Shown: positions 40,812 through 52,926 of the stretch, piece after piece
Layout of the letters: each line of letters starts with the position of its first letter
Position numbering within the stretch: position 1 is the stretch's first letter
Origin: a virus
Length of the DNA stretch: 64,000 nucleotides
IMG/VR virus record: IMGVR_UViG_3300031555_003603
Location: 1 to 64,000 of that record
Direction: 5' to 3' (one strand)
The notes under the pieces: generated by a model
The model's input: only the letters and a program-made list of their open reading frames with translations
What the model was told of the DNA's origin: nothing
Databases searched by the model: none
Position numbers and translations under genes: made by a program

Positions 40812-41120
40812 ATGAAACAATTGAATTATAGTGTTATTTCTGCTAGTTACGCAGGAGAAAATAGACATCCACAGGAAGTATTCAAAGATTTAGGGCTAAA
40901 AGTATTACACGCAGTACCCCAATCTATCTCAGATAGTTGGTGGATTACGGTTGAAGATTATGATTTTGATTTACCAGATTATTTCCAAAAAATGGAATAT
41001 AATTTATCTTATTGGCGAGATGGATGTAATAAAAATTGTGAGTTCTTTAAAGATTTTATAGAACAAAAAGATTGGGGCAAGTGTTGTTATGGAGGTTCTA
41101 AATGCCTAAAGAAACAGTAA
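40812..41120 (+). CDS. hypothetical protein
   Basis: ORF. Confidence 0.45.
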   Translation: MKQLNYSVISASYAGENRHPQEVFKDLGLKVLHAVPQSISDSWWITVEDYDFDLPDYFQKMEYNLSYWRDGCNKNCEFFKDFIEQKDWGKCCYGGSKCLKKQ

Positions 41121-41356
41121 AATTACGAGTAGGGGATACGTTAGATAAAAGAGCCCAATGGATTTGGGAAAATATGTGCTATGAACACGATTTATCCCTC
41201 ATTCCTCACAATTGTATTGAAACTAGACGTTTAGTTTTATCTCAAATTGAAAAGAATAAAGAAAGAATCCAATGGATTGATGAAAAATTGGAGAAAAAAT
41301 ATGGAACAAGAGAAGAAGTAATGGAGAAATTGAAAAAAGGAGAGATAACAAAATGA
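41102..41356 (+). CDS. hypothetical protein
   Basis: ORF. Confidence 0.45.
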   Translation: MPKETVKLRVGDTLDKRAQWIWENMCYEHDLSLIPHNCIETRRLVLSQIEKNKERIQWIDEKLEKKYGTREEVMEKLKKGEITK

Positions 41357-41655
41357 AAAGTTATACTTATTACTGGTATCATCATATGATGCCACAAGAA
41401 GAACAAAAACTTATTTTTGAAGCAATTCAAAATAAAGACTATGATAAGTTTATTGAATTATATAAAAAATATAGTATTTTAGCAATTAAACACGGAAAAT
41501 ATTATACAGAGTTTGAATCTTGGATTCCTATGACTTATTTGCCAGATTCCATTAGCGTTTGGGATGACGACAAAATGGAGTTTACAAAATATATTTCAGT
41601 TTTAGATAAAAATAATTTCATGAAGATTACATATACTGAATGCGAATGTGGATAA
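41353..41655 (+). CDS. hypothetical protein
   Basis: ORF. Confidence 0.45.
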   Translation: MKSYTYYWYHHMMPQEEQKLIFEAIQNKDYDKFIELYKKYSILAIKHGKYYTEFESWIPMTYLPDSISVWDDDKMEFTKYISVLDKNNFMKITYTECECG

Positions 41656-41668
41656 GGAGAAAAACAAA

Positions 41669-41848
41669 ATGGATTTAGAAGTATCAGTTGATTTAGAAGA
41701 AGTAAAAAGAGTTATTGAAGCACCCGAATTTGCGCAGTATTTGTTATCACATACAACGCAGTTTTCTTCTGCGGCTTTTATCTTACAAACTCTGTTAGAC
41801 GCGGTTGATGATGCGGCAGCATCACTTGACAATTTAGATAATATTTGA
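41669..41848 (+). CDS. hypothetical small protein
   Basis: AAGGAG RBS. Confidence 0.4.
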   Translation: MDLEVSVDLEEVKRVIEAPEFAQYLLSHTTQFSSAAFILQTLLDAVDDAAASLDNLDNI

Positions 41849-41853
41849 TATAA
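41826..41853 (+). promoter_or_regulatory. sigma70-like promoter (TTGACA-N16-TGATATAAT)
   Basis: Motif instance upstream of dnaE. Confidence 0.55.
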
Positions 41854-41884
41854 TATAATTATATCTTATAAAGGATGTGATATA

Positions 41885-44800
41885 TTGTTAGAATATCCTG
41901 GTTCATTACATAACCATACCGAAATGAGTAATCAGCGTCTTCGTGATTCAATTAACCGAATTGAAGAATTAGTTGATTATGCGATTGAGTTAGGACATAG
42001 TGTTATTGCTTTTACTGAACACGAAACCGTATCTAACGCAATTAAAATAGAAAATTATTATGATAAAATAAAAAAAACTCATCCAGATTTTAAAATCATC
42101 TTAGGCAATGAGATTTATCTATGTCGTGATGATATGACCGCAGAAAATTTCCAAAAGGGAGAGGATAGGTACTTCCACTTTATTCTTTTGGCTAAGGATG
42201 CAGAAGGTCATAAACAAATTAGAGAATTGTCAACACGCGCCTGGATGCGGTCATGGATGAATGGTAAAATGCGTCGAGTACCTACTTATTATCAAGATTT
42301 GATTGATGTTATTGGTGCTAATCCCGGGCATGTAATTGGCTCAACAGCTTGTTTGGGCGGCTTTCTTGGAAGTAAAATCCTACAATGGCATACTCGTGGT
42401 AAAGACCAATATTTTTATAGTAAAATAAAAAACTGGTGCTGTCAAATGGAAGGAGTTTTTGGCAAAGGTAATTTTTATTTGGAAATGCAACCTTCCGCCA
42501 ATGAAGAGCAAGTTATAGTAAATAAAACTATTTATTTACTTTCGCAAGAACTAAATATTCCTTTTATTATTACAACAGATAGTCATTATTGCCGTAAAGA
42601 AGATGCGCCTATTCACAAAGCTTTTTTAAATGCACAAGAAGGCGACCGTGAAGTTGATTCTTTCTATGCAACAACTTATCTAATGGGAACTCAAGAAATA
42701 CAAGATTATATGGACAATTTTACCAATGAAGTGTTTCAAGAGGCTTATGAAAATATTTTACAAATTAGAAACAGTTGTGAAGATTATAGTTTAAAAAAAC
42801 CTTTGAAAATTCCTTCTCTTCAATGGAAAATTCCAACAATTCAATCTGTTTCAGAGTATTGGTTTGAAAAAATTCCATATTTGAGAACTTTTCATTCTTC
42901 TACTTTTGATGGAGATAGACGACTTGTAGAGTTAGTTGTTGAAAAGTTAGAATCTAACCCAAAATTACAAACCCAAGAAATTTATGACGAGATAAATGAT
43001 AATCTAAGAATTACTTGGGTATCCTCAGAGGTAAATAAAGCTCATTGGAGTGCTTACTTCTTGAATTTGCAAAAGATTATTGATATATGTTGGGAAGCTG
43101 GTACAGTTGTAGGACCCGGACGCGGTTCTGGCGTAGGCTTCTTATTACTATATATTTTAGATATAATTCAAATTAACCCTATGTGGGAAACAACTCGTAC
43201 ATTTAGTTGGCGTTTCTTAAACCCCGACCGCGTTTCTGTTCTTGATATTGATACTGATATTGAGGGAAGTCGACGCGGAACAGTCCTTCAAGCATTACGC
43301 GACTATTATGGTGAAGATAGAGTAGCTAATGTCGTTACTTTTGGAACAGAAAAATCCAAGAGTGCAATTCAAACAGCAGCTCGTGGATTAGAAATTGATA
43401 ATGATATAGCACTTTATATTTCTTCATTAATTCCCGCTGACCGTGGACAAACTAGAACATTAGCACAATGCTATTATGGCGATGAAGAAAATGATTTCAA
43501 ACCTATTCCTCTTTTTGTCAAAGAAATGAATAACTATCCAGAACTATGGCAAGTGGCACAACGCATTGAGGGACTTATTTGTCGCGTTGGCGAACACGCA
43601 GGTGGTGTTATCTTTGTTGATGAACCCTTTACTAATTCAACTGCTTTGATGAAAGTTCCAAATGGCGATATAGTGACCCAGTTTGACTTACACGACTGCG
43701 AAGCCGCAAGTCTGATTAAAATTGACTTACTATCAGTTGAAGGTTTAGATAAAATTCATACTTGTCTTGACTTATTATGTGATAATGGTTTTATTGATAG
43801 AGCAAATACCTTGCGTGAAACTTATGAAAAAACTATAGGTATTTATAAATTAGAGCGCGAAGCACCAGAAATGTGGAAAATGGTTTGGGACCATAAAATC
43901 CAGGCATTATTTCAAATGGAAAAGCAAAGTGGCGTTTAGGGTATTGCTTTGACACATCCTGAATCGGTAGACGACTTAGCGGTTCTAAACTCTGTTATTC
44001 GTTTGATGGCACAAGAAAAGGGCGCGGAACAGCCATTAAATAAATATGCTCGTTTTAAAAATAACATAAATCTTTGGTATAAAGAAATGGAAGACTATGG
44101 TCTTACGAAAGAAGAGCAAACTCTTCTTGAGCCAATAGTCAAACAATCTTATGGTATCTGCGAATCTCAAGAAAAGTTTATGCAGTTAGTTCAGATGCCC
44201 GAATGCGGCGGATTTAATCTGACTTGGGCGGATAAATTACGTAAAGCTATTGCTAAGAAGAATCCTAAAGGCTTCTTGGAATTACAAGATGAATATTATA
44301 AAAATATTGATGAAAAAGGTTTGAGCAAAAATCTTTGTAATTATGTTTGGAATGTTCTTGTATCTACAAGTAAGGGATATGGATTTAACGCCTCACATAC
44401 CCTTGCTTATTCACTTGTAGGATTACAAGAAATGAATTTAGCCTATCGTTTTCCTATTATTTTTTGGAATACAGCATGCCTGATTACAGATAGTGGTGGC
44501 GTAGAAGATGCTGATGAAGATGGAAAAAATAATAATTACGATAAGATTGCTACCGCTATTGGTAAAATGAAGCAAGCAGGCATTGAAGTTATGCCTCCTG
44601 ATGTAAATAAATCTCAATATACTTTTGCTCCCGATGTTGAAGAAAATAAAATAGTTTTCGGACTACGCGGCATGCTAAATGTAGGCGAAGAAGTAATTGC
44701 TCGTATTATTGAAAATCGTCCTTACGCTTCACCAAAAGACTTTTTGCAAAAAGTTAATCCAAATAAGCAAGCTATGATTTCTCTTATCAAGGGCGGAGCT

Positions 44801-45769
44801 TTTGATGAAATGGAAGACCGTAAATTTATTATGGCTTGGTATATTTGGGAAACTTGTGATAAAAAAGCTCGTATTACTTTACAAAATATGCCCGGGCTTA
44901 TCAAATATGGTATATTGCCAGAAGATACAGAAGAAAGAGTTATGGCGCGACGCGTTTATGAATTTAATCGTTATCTAAAAGCCATAACAAAGGCCGATGA
45001 ATCTGCCTATAAAGATTATTATACTTTAGACAGCCGAGCTCTTGATTTTCTAAATGAATTAGAGCTAGATGAATTAGCAACTTCTGATAATTTAGCTTGG
45101 TTCTTACCAATTAAGTCTTGGGAAAAGATTTATCAAAAATGGATGAATGTGTTTCGAGATTGGATTGCTGCGGATAAAGACAATATTCTTCGTAATCTAA
45201 ATGAAAAAATCTTTATGGAAGATTGGAATAAATATGCAAGCGGTTCTATCTCAGCTTGGGAAATGGAAGCTCTATGTTTCTATTATCATGACCACGAACT
45301 TGCCAATGTTAATAACGGCAAATATGGTTTAGTAGACTTCTTTACTTTACCAGAAGACCCAATAGTAGATAGAGTATTTTATAAAGGTGATAAAGAAATC
45401 AAAATGTTTAAGCTTTGTAAAATTTGCGGTACTTGCATAGCTAAAGACAAGAATAAATCTATGGTTACTCTATTGACTACTTCTGGCGTGGTAAATATTA
45501 AATTTAGAAAAGAATATTTTTCTATTTTCGATAAGCAAATCTCTGAACGTCAATTTGATGGTACTAAAAAAGTAATTGAAAAATCTTGGTTCAATCGTGG
45601 TAATATGATTTTGGTTCAAGGCATTCGTTCCGGAGATAGCTTTATTCCCAAGAAATATGCTTCATCGGGCGGACATCAATTATACAAAATCAATGAGCTA
45701 TTACCAAGTGGCGATTTAGTATTACAAACTGAAAGATATCAAGGAGGATATGAAGAAGATGTAGACTAA
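41885..45769 (+). CDS. dnaE: DNA polymerase III alpha subunit (DnaE-type, PHP domain); single in-frame TAG at 43937
   Basis: ORF-track 41885..43939 and 43949..45769 same frame; PHP LHNHTEMS, palm GRGSGVGFLLLY; TTG start. Confidence 0.75.
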
Positions 45770-46121
45770 ACAAAAGTGTATATGTTGTCAAAGAATTTTG
45801 CCTTTCTCTTCTTTTTGGAAGAGAAAGGCAAATCCTCCAATTTACAAAGGACATTTAGAATTAGAGCGATTTGATAATAAGTGTAAAGAATGTTATTTAG
45901 CCTCAGTAGATAATAATAATCCAGATACTTTTATACCAATTCTACAACATTTCAATATTCCTTATATTGAAAAGGATTGGCAAAGAACTCGTGAATATGC
46001 CGAAGGAAGACCAGGAAGTGTTTTAGGAAGATACTTATCCAGAATGAAATTATGCGCCTACTACCCTTTTGGCTTTGAGGACAGTGACCATTTTAATGAG
46101 GTACGTAAAAATGAAAAATAA
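45759..46121 (+). CDS. zinc-ribbon protein; ATG followed immediately by TAG (Gln) as codon 2
   Basis: AAGGAGGA RBS 10 nt upstream of ATG 45759; MQTKQKCICCQRIL...; overlaps dnaE stop by 11 nt. Confidence 0.4.
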
Positions 46122-46698
46122 AGTAAAAATTATAGCAATCTGCGGCAAGTCTGCCGCAGGTAAAGATACCTTACTACAAGAAATACTAAAACTCGATAGA
46201 AATGATATACATGAAATCATAAGTTGCACCACTCGCCCTCCTCGAGAGGGCGAGATTGATGGTATCAACTATCACTTTCTAACCAATCAAGAATTTGCTG
46301 ATAAAATCGAAAATGGTCAAATGTTAGAAGCAACAGTATTTAGAGATTGGTGCTATGGTACTTCTTTAGATAGTCTACGTGCTGATGGTATCAATGTAGG
46401 TGTATTTAACTTAGATGGAATAGATATTTTACTTGATAATCCAAAAGTGAGTTTATACATAGTTGAGGTTTATGCGCCAGACAAATTACGCTTACTGCGC
46501 TCTTTGAATCGTGAAACCAATCCCGATGTGAAAGAAATTATTCGTCGTTATGAAGCCGATGAACAAGATTTCGCGGGTTTTGACTATGCTCATTATCGAG
46601 TTGAAAATTTAGATGATACACGATGGATGGACTTGCGCGACCACGCAAGATTTATCCTGGTAAAATCCGCGCACTTTTGGGCAAATTCTGCTAATTAA
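46111..46698 (+). CDS. guanylate-kinase-family nucleoside monophosphate kinase
   Basis: P-loop AICGKSAAGKDTL; TTRPPREGEIDGINYHF matches Gmk signature. Confidence 0.6.
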   Translation: MKNKVKIIAICGKSAAGKDTLLQEILKLDRNDIHEIISCTTRPPREGEIDGINYHFLTNQEFADKIENGQMLEATVFRDWCYGTSLDSLRADGINVGVFNLDGIDILLDNPKVSLYIVEVYAPDKLRLLRSLNRETNPDVKEIIRRYEADEQDFAGFDYAHYRVENLDDTRWMDLRDHARFILVKSAHFWANSAN

Positions 46699-46771
46699 AA
46701 CCCTGTAAAAACTAAATATAGTGGATACGCAAAAAAAATTCACTATATTTAGTTATGAGGAGGTAATAAAT

Positions 46772-49012
46772 ATGATTATTATAAAAAGAGATGGAAGTAA
46801 AGCTCCATTCGACAAACAAAAAGTTATTGATGCTGTAAATAAAGCATTGTATGAAGTAGATGGTTGTCTATATGAAACGGAAACCGCAGAAGAAATTGGT
46901 GAGGCTGTTGAGGCGCATGTAATGGGTGCTGAAATGATTGGCGAACGCCTTACCGTTGAAGATATTCAAGATAGAGTAGAAGATTATCTTATGCAATCCG
47001 AACGACGCGATGTAGCACGCGCCTATATTCGTTATCGCTATAAAAAAGAAGTCGCCCGCAATTATAAAGATGATTTCATCACTGCTATTGGTGAGAAGCT
47101 AAACGCTTCTAATGTTCAAAATCAAAACGCCAACCTTGATGAAAAATCATTCGGTGGTCGCATTGGTGAAGCATCAAGCTATATGACAAAGGATTATGCT
47201 TTAAATTATATTGTTTCTGATATGGCTCGTGAGAATCATTTGGGCAATATGATTTATATTCATGACCTTGATGCCTATGCAGTTGGCAGTCATAATTGCT
47301 TAACTATTCCGTTCGATAAACTATTGGCCGAAGGATTTAATACTCGCCAGTGCGATGTACGTCCTGCCAATTCCGTAAATACTGCTTTCCAATTGGTGGC
47401 AGTTATTTTCCAATTACAAAGCCTATGTCAGTTTGGCGGTGTTAGTGCGAGCCATATTGACTGGACTATGGTTCCTTATGTAAGAAAAAGCTTTAGAAAG
47501 CATTGGAATGATGGTGTAAAATATATTAGTGATGAACATTTTCCCGAACATTGGAAAGATATTAAAGATAATTTAGCCATTACTGATTATCCAGATTATG
47601 ATGATTGCGCAGCTGTATACAACTACGCTCTAGACATGACTGAACGTGAGATTTACCAGGCGGTTGAGGCTATGTATCACAATCTTAATACTTTACAAAG
47701 TCGTTCAGGTAATCAACTGCCTTTCACATCTATCAACTACGGTACTTGTACGCTTCCAGAAGGACGCATGGTGACTAAAGCTATTCTTGATGTTTCTATT
47801 AAGGGCCTTGGCAGACTACATAAGACTTCTATTTTCCCTTGCGGTATTTTCCAAGTGATGAAGGGTGTAAATAAAGAACCTGGAACTCCTAACTATGATT
47901 TATATCGTCTGGCGCTACGTTCTACTGCTCAGCGACTATATCCTAACTATGCCAATGTTGATTGGAGCGTAAATAAAGGATATAATCCCGATAAACCGTC
48001 CGAGTATACGAGCACAATGGGATGCCGGACGTATAACGGCTTTGACATAAACGGTCTTGGTTTTGAGAAAGATGGTCGCGGCAACATTGCACCCGTTACT
48101 ATTATTATGCCAACTTTGGCCATGATGGCAAAAGAAAAAGTAATGAAAGAATGTGAACCTTTTGCCGAAGATTTGGAAGGCCAAACTCTTGATGAATTTA
48201 TGTTCCTGTTGGAATCTAAAATCTATGAGGCAAAAGATATGCTTCTTGAACGCTATCATTGGATTTGCTCTCAATCACCTGATTCTGCTAAATTTATGTA
48301 TGAAAATGGTGTGATGGCCGGTTATATTCCAGAGGAAGGAATTCAAAGCGCTTTACGCCACGGAACTCTTGTAATTGGTTCTCTTGGTTTAGCAGAAACT
48401 TTACAAATTTTAATTGGTTGCGACCATACCACTCCCGCTGGCATGGGATTAGCCAAGCATATTTATAAAAAGTTTAATGAACTTTGTGCCATGTTTAAAA
48501 AAGAGCTTCATCTGAACTTTGGAGTTTATTTGACTCCCGCAGAAAATCTTTGCCATACCGCAATGAAAAAATTCCGCGAAAAGTATGGAGTTATTGAAAA
48601 TGTATCTGATAAAGAATATTTTACTAACTCTACTCATGTTCCCGTATGGAAAGAAATGAGTCCTTTTGAAAAGATTGATATTGAGAGTCAATTATCTGGT
48701 TATTCCAATGCGGGATGTATTACTTATGTTGAACTGGAAAGTGGCGTCAAGAATAATATTGATGCGCTTGAAACTTTAGTAAACTATGCTATGGATAAAG
48801 ACTTACCTTACTTCGCGATAAATGTTCCTAATGACACGTGCTTATCGTGCGGATATTGTGATGAATTTAATGATAAGTGCCCCGAATGCGGTAGTGAAGA
48901 GATTCAGCAATTACGTCGCGTTACCGGCTATCTAACTGGTTCATATAAAACAGCTTTTAATAAAGGTAAAATTCAAGAAACGGAAATGCGCGTTAAGCAT
49001 GGAGGATATTAG
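46772..49012 (+). CDS. nrdD: anaerobic ribonucleoside-triphosphate reductase
   Basis: ATP-cone N-terminus, C-terminal zinc ribbon CPECGS and glycyl-radical motif RVTGYL; GAGGAGG RBS; no TAG. Confidence 0.8.
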   Translation: MIIIKRDGSKAPFDKQKVIDAVNKALYEVDGCLYETETAEEIGEAVEAHVMGAEMIGERLTVEDIQDRVEDYLMQSERRDVARAYIRYRYKKEVARNYKDDFITAIGEKLNASNVQNQNANLDEKSFGGRIGEASSYMTKDYALNYIVSDMARENHLGNMIYIHDLDAYAVGSHNCLTIPFDKLLAEGFNTRQCDVRPANSVNTAFQLVAVIFQLQSLCQFGGVSASHIDWTMVPYVRKSFRKHWNDGVKYISDEHFPEHWKDIKDNLAITDYPDYDDCAAVYNYALDMTEREIYQAVEAMYHNLNTLQSRSGNQLPFTSINYGTCTLPEGRMVTKAILDVSIKGLGRLHKTSIFPCGIFQVMKGVNKEPGTPNYDLYRLALRSTAQRLYPNYANVDWSVNKGYNPDKPSEYTSTMGCRTYNGFDINGLGFEKDGRGNIAPVTIIMPTLAMMAKEKVMKECEPFAEDLEGQTLDEFMFLLESKIYEAKDMLLERYHWICSQSPDSAKFMYENGVMAGYIPEEGIQSALRHGTLVIGSLGLAETLQILIGCDHTTPAGMGLAKHIYKKFNELCAMFKKELHLNFGVYLTPAENLCHTAMKKFREKYGVIENVSDKEYFTNSTHVPVWKEMSPFEKIDIESQLSGYSNAGCITYVELESGVKNNIDALETLVNYAMDKDLPYFAINVPNDTCLSCGYCDEFNDKCPECGSEEIQQLRRVTGYLTGSYKTAFNKGKIQETEMRVKHGGY

Positions 49013-49013
49013 G

Positions 49014-49736
49014 ATGGGCCGACCCGCAATTGATTTAACTGGTATGGAATTTGGCCGGTTAAGCGTATTAAACCGAGATGAAACAAAACCCTCTGGCGCT
49101 GGTAAATCAGTTTATTGGAACTGTTAGTGTGAGTGTGGAAATATTAAATCCGTAAGAATGGATAAATTACGTAAAGGCGAAATTCGCTCTTGTGGATGTT
49201 TATCGAAAGAAATAAGAACATAGTTGTTTCTAAAAAACTTAGAAAATCAAAATATTGGATATCTTCATGTTCTTAAACGAGATATGAGTAAGCCCATTGG
49301 CAAAGGTTGTTTTGCTTATTGGATATGTAAGTGTAGATGCGGTAATATGGTTTCTGTTAGAGGAGACCATTTACGCGATGGCACAACTCAATCTTGTGGA
49401 TGTTTAAATTCAGCAGGTGAATTATTAATTTCTACTATTTTACAAGAAAATAATATTTCTTATACAACGTAGTATTCTTTTCCAGACCTTAAAGGTGATT
49501 ATAATGCTTTGCGCTTTGATTTTGCTATTTTTAATGAAGATAAAACATTAAGTCATCTTATTGAATATCAGGGTGAATAGCATTATAGGCCTTGGGGCAA
49601 TGAAGAAATAGAACGCTTTCACAAGAGGATTGAATATGATTGTAAAAAAATAGAATATTGTAAAAACAATAATATCCCCTTAATTATTATTCCATTTGAT
49701 AAATCGAATATCGTTTTAGAGGATTTATTATTATGA
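49014..49736 (+). CDS. freestanding homing-endonuclease-like protein (duplicated zinc ribbon + Vsr/PD-(D/E)xK-like C-terminus), paralog of 3142..3840; 4 in-frame TAG
   Basis: Inserted between nrdD and nrdG; two copies of W.C.C.CG...SCGCL; FDFAIF...IEYQGEQH. Confidence 0.55.
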
Positions 49737-50185
49737 GATATGCAGGTATAAATAAAAATGATTTCGCGGCTGCGCCCGGCGTGTCTGTTTCATTCTTTGT
49801 TCAAGGCTGTCCGTTCCACTGTAAAGGCTGTCATAATCCAGAAACTTGGGATTTTAATGGGGGTAAAGAATTTACCCCCCAAGTCCTTGACGAAGTTGTA
49901 GAGGCAATTACAGCGAATGGAATGATGCGTTCTTTATGTATTATGGGTGGCGAACCACTTTGTGAAGAAAATTTATTTCTTACACATCTTGTAATTTCTC
50001 ACGTACGAGAAAAAGTGCCAGGCGTGAAAGTGTATATATGGACTGGATTTTATTATGAGGATTTGCTAAAAAATTCAAGTTCTCATCTACAAAAAATTTT
50101 GGAACTCACCGATGTTTTAGTAGATGGACCTTATATAGAACAATTACGTGATATTACGCTACCTATGCGAGGTAGTTCAAATTAG
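49733..50185 (+). CDS. nrdG: anaerobic RNR activating protein (radical SAM)
   Basis: CPFHCKGCHN cluster motif. Confidence 0.75.
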   Translation: MRYAGINKNDFAAAPGVSVSFFVQGCPFHCKGCHNPETWDFNGGKEFTPQVLDEVVEAITANGMMRSLCIMGGEPLCEENLFLTHLVISHVREKVPGVKVYIWTGFYYEDLLKNSSSHLQKILELTDVLVDGPYIEQLRDITLPMRGSSN

Positions 50186-50197
50186 TCTATTATAAAT

Positions 50198-50226
50198 TTG
50201 ACAAAAGAAGAAAATTTTGATATAAT
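50198..50226 (+). promoter_or_regulatory. sigma70-like promoter (TTGACA-N17-TGATATAAT)
   Basis: Motif instance. Confidence 0.6.
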
Positions 50227-50255
50227 AAAAGAAAAAAATTGAGGTGAAAAATCCT

Positions 50256-50759
50256 ATGATTGAACAGGTAGAAAAATTAGAAGATATTCTTGAGCCTTAT
50301 CATGGTCAAACCGTTTGGTGCTCCGATGAAGACAAAGTCTATCGCTTTGATGTTATTGAAGGATGGCAAGAAATTCCAGAGGGGGCTGATGTTGGATTTA
50401 ATATGAATATTTATGAAATGAATAAACAAATTATTGGTCAATTAGAAATTCTTGATGATGTCGCAATGAAAGAAAAAAGCGAATTTGTAAGAAACTTTAT
50501 TGGTAAATGGAATCATTAGTATTATATGCTTTTGTGCAGAGAATTAAATTATTATACCTTATTCCACATTGACTTAAAAAATGCTGATGAAACAGTTGAA
50601 GACGTTTTATTTGAGTGTGCTGGTGTAATTGGCGATATCAAATCTATTGAAGCCACAAGCGATGAATGTGCCATTGAGATTTGGGTAACCAATAGAGATA
50701 ATGAAACTTATGCTATGTATTTCTTTCCCTATGATAATGGAGTAGTAGTATGCGGATAA
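50256..50759 (+). CDS. hypothetical protein (TAG at 50517 joins ORF-track 50244..50519 and 50526..50759)
   Basis: Same frame; GAGGTG RBS. Confidence 0.4.
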
Positions 50760-51016
50760 TTATTTGTAATATTCAAATGTTTTCTAATGACCAAATGGTT
50801 TATATTTTTGACACAGAGACCAAAAAAAACATTTTTGCTCAAAAAGTAGATTTGAATAGTATTCCTGATGTTGTATGCGCTTTGGCGCATCAATACGGCA
50901 TTACTGACGTCAAACTTCATGGAGATTTATCTTTCAATACTTTATTTGCTCAAGAAATTGAGACCCAATATGCACTAAATCATAATTATACAAAATTGAA
51001 CGTAGAGGTAATATAA
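50750..51016 (+). CDS. hypothetical protein
   Basis: ORF. Confidence 0.45.
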   Translation: MRIIICNIQMFSNDQMVYIFDTETKKNIFAQKVDLNSIPDVVCALAHQYGITDVKLHGDLSFNTLFAQEIETQYALNHNYTKLNVEVI

Positions 51017-51258
51017 TGTCTAAATATTTGATTCAAACAACAGAAGTGTATCGTGTAGATACCGAACCAGAAGTGGAGAACTTGATTGCGGAAGCTAAAG
51101 AAGATACTCTTTGCGCCGTAGTAAAATATAATTGCGAACATAAAGAACGTAAAGCAAAAGGAGAGATTATTGATGAATGGTATAAAGTGTCCATTGTCAA
51201 GGGCTTTACCGATGAAAAGGAGCCTGAAACTCAGGTATTTGTAAGTTATGAAATTTGA
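51016..51258 (+). CDS. hypothetical protein
   Basis: ORF. Confidence 0.45.
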   Translation: MSKYLIQTTEVYRVDTEPEVENLIAEAKEDTLCAVVKYNCEHKERKAKGEIIDEWYKVSIVKGFTDEKEPETQVFVSYEI

Positions 51259-51892
51259 AATAGTTTCTAAATATGCTGATGCAGGTCTTAGTTTACCCGT
51301 TCGGAAAACAAAGGCAAGCGCCGGATATGATTTTTAGGTGGCAGAAGATACAATTATTCCAAGTTATCAAAAGTTAATTTATAACCTGGTTGATTACGCA
51401 GACCCCTCATGTGAAAGAACTCTTGAGGAGATAGCAATATTCACAAAAGCCACAAAAGCCAAACCAACACTTGTTCCCACTGGTATCAAATGCGAAATGC
51501 CCGAAGATATGTATCTCGAACTTTCCGTCCGTAGTTCTTGTCCCCTGAAACATTGGCTTATTCTTGCTAATGGCGTCGGCATTATCGATGCTGATTATTA
51601 TAATAATCCAGATAATGAAGGCCATATTTTCTTCCAAATTATCAATCTTTCCCCCTTTGATATTATTTTGAAAAAGGGTGATACAATTGGTCAGGGTATT
51701 TTCAAAAAATACTATTTAACAGAAGATGATGCGGCAACTGCCGAACGGCAAGGTGGCTTTGGCTCTACCGATACCATTCCCGAGTCGGTCATCGATGCTT
51801 TCAATGAAACCGGTCATTCTCATATCTTAACCACTGACGAATGGTTTAAGGTTGGTATGAAAATATTCAAAGGGAATCCTTCTCATGAATAA
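51248..51892 (+). CDS. dut: dUTP diphosphatase (long form); TAG at 51335
   Basis: MKFEIVSKYADAGLSLP...SAGYDF(Q)VAED; RSS, GIIDADYYN, ERQGGFGSTD dUTPase motifs. Confidence 0.7.
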
Positions 51893-52361
51893 TATTCTTG
51901 CTTTAGATTAGGCTTCTCGCACAAGTGGTTGGGCTATTTTTCAAGAGGATAAACTAATAGCAAGTGGAACTTTTACTTATGATGACGATGATTTCTCTTT
52001 ACGACTTGTAAAAATTCGCAAAAAAGTATTTTCTCTTATACACGAATATTGTATAAATAAAATTCTTCTTGAAGATATTTAGCTTCAAGGTCAAACAAAT
52101 AATGTCTCCACTTATAAAGCCTTGGCTGAAGTGCTTGGAGTGCTTGAAGAATTGGCTCGTGAGTGCGAGATTCCGCACGAAATAGTTCATTCACAAACCT
52201 GGAAATCGACTCTTGGAATCAAGGGACGAGACCGAGCTACACAAAAGCGTAATGCGCAAGCCTTTGTATTAGCGACCTATGGCAAAAAAGTTTCATAGGA
52301 TGAAAGTGACGCAATTTGTATTGGAACTCATTATATAAAAAGTAATAAGTCGGCCTTTTAA
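51885..52361 (+). CDS. ruvC: RuvC-like Holliday-junction resolvase; 3 in-frame TAG
   Basis: ILALDQASRTSGWAIF and DESDAICIGTHY catalytic motifs; ATGAATAA overlap with dut stop. Confidence 0.6.
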
Positions 52362-52377
52362 TAAGGCCGACTTTTTT
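52346..52377 (+). terminator. rho-independent terminator overlapping ruvC stop
   Basis: aagtcggcctt-ttaat-aaggccgactt + TTTTTC. Confidence 0.7.
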
Positions 52378-52450
52378 CAGTTTGTTTGCTGTCTTTTTGA
52401 TATTATATAGACACAGGAAACAATAATACAGGAAAGGGGAACGAATTCAA

Positions 52451-52888
52451 ATGGGCGATTGGATTGCTGCCAACTGGGGCGGCATTTTATTATCTTTAGT
52501 CACTGCCGGCGCATTAACTTTTTGTGGCTGGTGTTGGAAACAATTAAAAACCTATAAGGGTCTGTTGGATAAAAAGAAAGAAGCTGCAATTGATGATGCC
52601 ATTGACGAGAAAATTGAGCCTGTCAAACAAGATATCCAACAATTGCGTGACTATGTTACTTAGGTTGACGTAGCCGAAAAGCACAAGATGGACCTAATTG
52701 TTTCTTCTTATAGATATAGATTAACTCAATTATGTCGTTTGTATTTGGGTCGTGGTTATATTACTACTGGAGAGTATGATTAGCTAAATGAATTTTTCCA
52801 TTTATACACCGGTTTAGGTGGAAATGGTGAAGCCAAAATTTGGTTTGATAGAGCAATTTAGCTACCAATCGAAAATGACCATGAATAA
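52451..52888 (+). CDS. membrane protein with N-terminal TM helix (3 in-frame TAG)
   Basis: ORF-track 52451..52663 extended through TAGs to TAA 52886-52888. Confidence 0.4.
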
Positions 52889-52892
52889 AAAA

Positions 52893-52926
52893 AATAGGGA
52901 AGCCTTAGCAAAAGGCTTCCCTATTT
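52893..52926. terminator. bidirectional terminator between convergent gene blocks
   Basis: aatagggaagcctt-agcaa-aaggcttccctatt flanked by A/T runs on both sides. Confidence 0.65.

Noticed and set aside
41885-45769. Treating TAG-separated ORF-track pairs as separate genes. Examples are 41885..43939 plus 43949..45769, 14679..15365 plus 15372..15929, 15976..16245 plus 16297..16575, 34088..34516 plus 34520..34798, and 50244..50519 plus 50526..50759.
   Set aside because: In each case both parts are in the same frame, separated only by TAG. Known domains (DnaE, PhoH, NlpC/P60, GIY-YIG) span the junction.
46069-46698. ORF-track start 46069 for the guanylate-kinase-like gene.
   Set aside because: ATG 46111 places the P-loop at residues 9-17, as in Gmk. 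The upstream extension overlaps the preceding gene.
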